Source of the DNA: Felis catus
Lineage: Eukaryota
Direction of reading: 5' to 3'
Length of the DNA stretch: 64,000 bases
NCBI RefSeq assembly: GCF_018350175.1
Contig: NC_058382.1
Location: 14,136,001 to 14,200,000 of the forward strand
Shown here: positions 61,790 through 64,000 of the stretch, piece by piece
Numbering within the stretch: position 1 is the stretch's first letter
How the letters are laid out: every line of letters starts with the position of its first letter
The notes under the pieces: model-generated
What the model saw: only the letters and a program-made list of their open reading frames with translations
What the model was told of the DNA's origin: nothing
The model's database searches: none
Translations under genes and position numbers: made by a program

Positions 61790-62600
61790 GATTCATTCAT
61801 TCATTCATTCATTCATTCACTCACTCTTGACGGAGCCCCTAGCTGTGTGCTGGGTACTGTTCTAAGTTTCTAGGGAGGCAGCAGTGAAACAGACAAAATC
61901 CCTGCCCTGATGGGACTGACATCCTAGCTGGGTAGAGAGACAATGAACTCTAGTGAAAGGTAAAATGTGTGGTGTGTGAGGTGGTGTTCAGAGCTCTGGA
62001 GAAAAGCAGAGTGCTGGGAAGGGGGATAGGAACGGTCGGGGAGGCCGTTTTTCATAGGATGGGCAGGGGAGGTCTCACTGAGAAGGGAACATTTGAGACC
62101 TGAGAGGAGGGAACCGTGTGGACATCTGGGGGAAGAGCATTCCAGGCAGAGGGATCAGCCAGTGCAAAGTCTCCGAGCTGGGAATGCACCTGGCTTATTT
62201 AAGGGACAGTGAGAGGCTCATGCGAGGGGGAAAGGGGGAGGAGCTGAGGGCAGAGAGGTGATGGGGCAGATTGCTCAAGCTTTGGGGGCCACACTGAGGA
62301 CATTGGCTTTCATCACAGGATGTGATAAAGCCACAGGGGGGGTCTGAGTAGGGGAAGGACGTGATCTGAGTCAGGTCTTCATAGGATCTCTCAGGGTGCA
62401 TCTGATGCAGAGATTGGGGCACCGAAGGAGGAGCAGGGAGACCAGAGAAGAGGCCCTTACATTGGCCTCAGTGGGAGACGATGGAGGACAGGACGGGGCA
62501 GTGGGGGACGATGAGGCTGGGATACAGAGTGGGCAGATTCTGGATCTGTTCAGAAGGTGGAGCCAACAAGATTTGCTGATGGACGAGGTGTAGACCGAAG
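61790..62600. mobile_element. L2 fragment beginning with (TTCA)n in HIPK4 intron 1
   Basis: ttcattcattcattc followed by L2-type ctgtgtgctggg...acagacaaaatccctgccct. Confidence 0.7.
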
Positions 62601-62847
62601 GACAAAGAGAGGGATCCTAACCCTCACAGACATAGGTTCTAGTGGAAAGAAACAGACGGAGAGACCAACATGCAAACCAGAGACATAGACTGGCAAAGAC
62701 AGGGACATAAGTGAGAGATAAAGACTCCCAGACACGGCGATGGCCAGATGGCAGATGCAGAAAGACACTGGCGAGAGACACCGGGGAGGCCTCGATCGGC
62801 CGTCCCTGTCCCTCGCCCTGCCCACCTGCCTCCCTCCCCCGACACAG

Positions 62848-63204
62848 GTGATTGACTTCGGCTCAGCCAGCATTTTCAGCGAGGTGCGCTACGTGAAAGA
62901 GCCATACATCCAGTCGCGCTTCTACCGGGCCCCTGAGATTCTGCTGGGGCTGCCCTTCTGTGAGAAGGTGGACGTGTGGTCCCTGGGCTGTGTCATGGCC
63001 GAGCTGCACCTGGGCTGGCCCCTCTACCCGGGCAACAACGAGTACGACCAGGTGCGCTACATCTGTGAGACCCAGGGCTTGCCCAAGCCCCACCTGCTGC
63101 ACGCCGCCCGCAAGGCCCACCACTTCTTCAAGCGCAACCCTCACCCCGATGCCAGCAACCCCTGGCAGCTCAAGTCCTCGGCCGACTACCTGGCTGAGAC
63201 CAAG
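62848..63204 (+). CDS. HIPK4: HIPK4 exon 2 (119 codons)
   Basis: gacacag|GTG ATT; VIDFGSA...EPYIQSRFYRAPE...LAETK; AAG|gtaggg. Confidence 0.96.
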
Positions 63205-63961
63205 GTAGGGGCGCAGGCGGGGCGAGGGCAGCGGTGGCGGGGGGCGGGGGCTGCCGCATCGCATCAAGAAAAAAGAAATCTAGGTTAGACCTCGGAGAGG
63301 ACCGGAAGTTCGAGGGTCAGCTGCGGGAGTGGTCACAGCATGAGAGACGTGGGTGAGACCGAAGGTGGCACTGCAGGTGGATGGTGGCTCCTCAGAGTTT
63401 CGTGGCCGGGGGCAGCACGCTAGTGTGGCAGGGAGGTTCGACCACTGGGAGCCCTGGAGGACCGGGCTCGGGGGTGGAGGACCAGAGGTTTCGAACAGCC
63501 CCTCTGCTAGCAGCTGGTAGGGGCCGGACCCATGGATCTGGGGAGGACTACAGGTGTGGGGGGTGGGGGGAGTGAAACTTGGCTCAGTGAGACTCTGGGT
63601 TAGATGACAGGAGGACCACAGAACACAGGTACCTTTCCTGCAGCAGTAGGAGGGCTCTGGGTCAGACCGGGGCGGCGGGGGGGAGGGGGGGGTCTGGTAT
63701 TGGGGAGTAGGTGTGGCCCTCCAGCAGCAAGAGAGCTCCGAGTCAGATCACAGGCAGAACCAGAAGCCTAGCTTCAGGCGTGTGGACTTCGTAGCAACAT
63801 GAGCGCCCTGGACCAGCCTCCAGGGCACACTGGGAGCTGGGGGTGGAGGAGGGTGGGTCATGTGTGGGCCCCACTTCGGGAGCACCCAAGGCCCAAGGCC
63901 TGGATTCAACGTCAGCCTCGTGCCCTCCCCCCCCCCCCCCCCCCCCCCCGGGTCCCACCAG

Positions 63962-64000
63962 GTGCGCCCCCTGGAGCGCCGCAAGTACATGCTCAAATCG
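63962..64000 (+). CDS. HIPK4: HIPK4 exon 3, truncated by window end
   Basis: ccaccag|GTG CGC; VRPLERRKYMLKS. Confidence 0.9.
   Translation, partial: MRPLERRKYMLKS

Overview
Mammalian euchromatin, almost certainly from a felid: about 40 tRNA-derived CAN-SINEs, several matching the young cat-type subfamily. Gene order matches human 19q13.2 read in reverse. The window holds the 5' end of SPTBN4 (minus strand), then on the plus strand complete BLVRB (5 exons, 206 aa, GC-AG first intron), SERTAD3, SERTAD1 and PRX (L-periaxin 1334 aa; S-periaxin 147 aa by intron retention), plus HIPK4 exons 1-2 and the start of exon 3. There are two assembly gaps. There is no CRISPR array, rRNA or genuine tRNA gene. 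Strongest second-look signal: the PRX 5'-UTR exons form a stop-free frame continuous with the annotated start and link phase-correctly to an upstream strong-Kozak ATG, predicting a 156-aa N-terminally extended periaxin. Others: a GATA/MARE/CACCC cluster in BLVRB intron 1, a SINE-bracketed frame-closed BLVRB exon 2-4 circle, uORFs in SERTAD1 and SPTBN4, two orphan CpG islands, and repeated SINE insertion at single target sites. Splice coordinates were read from the sequence. Repeat and CpG-island boundaries are approximate. Human comparisons are from memory and were not searched.
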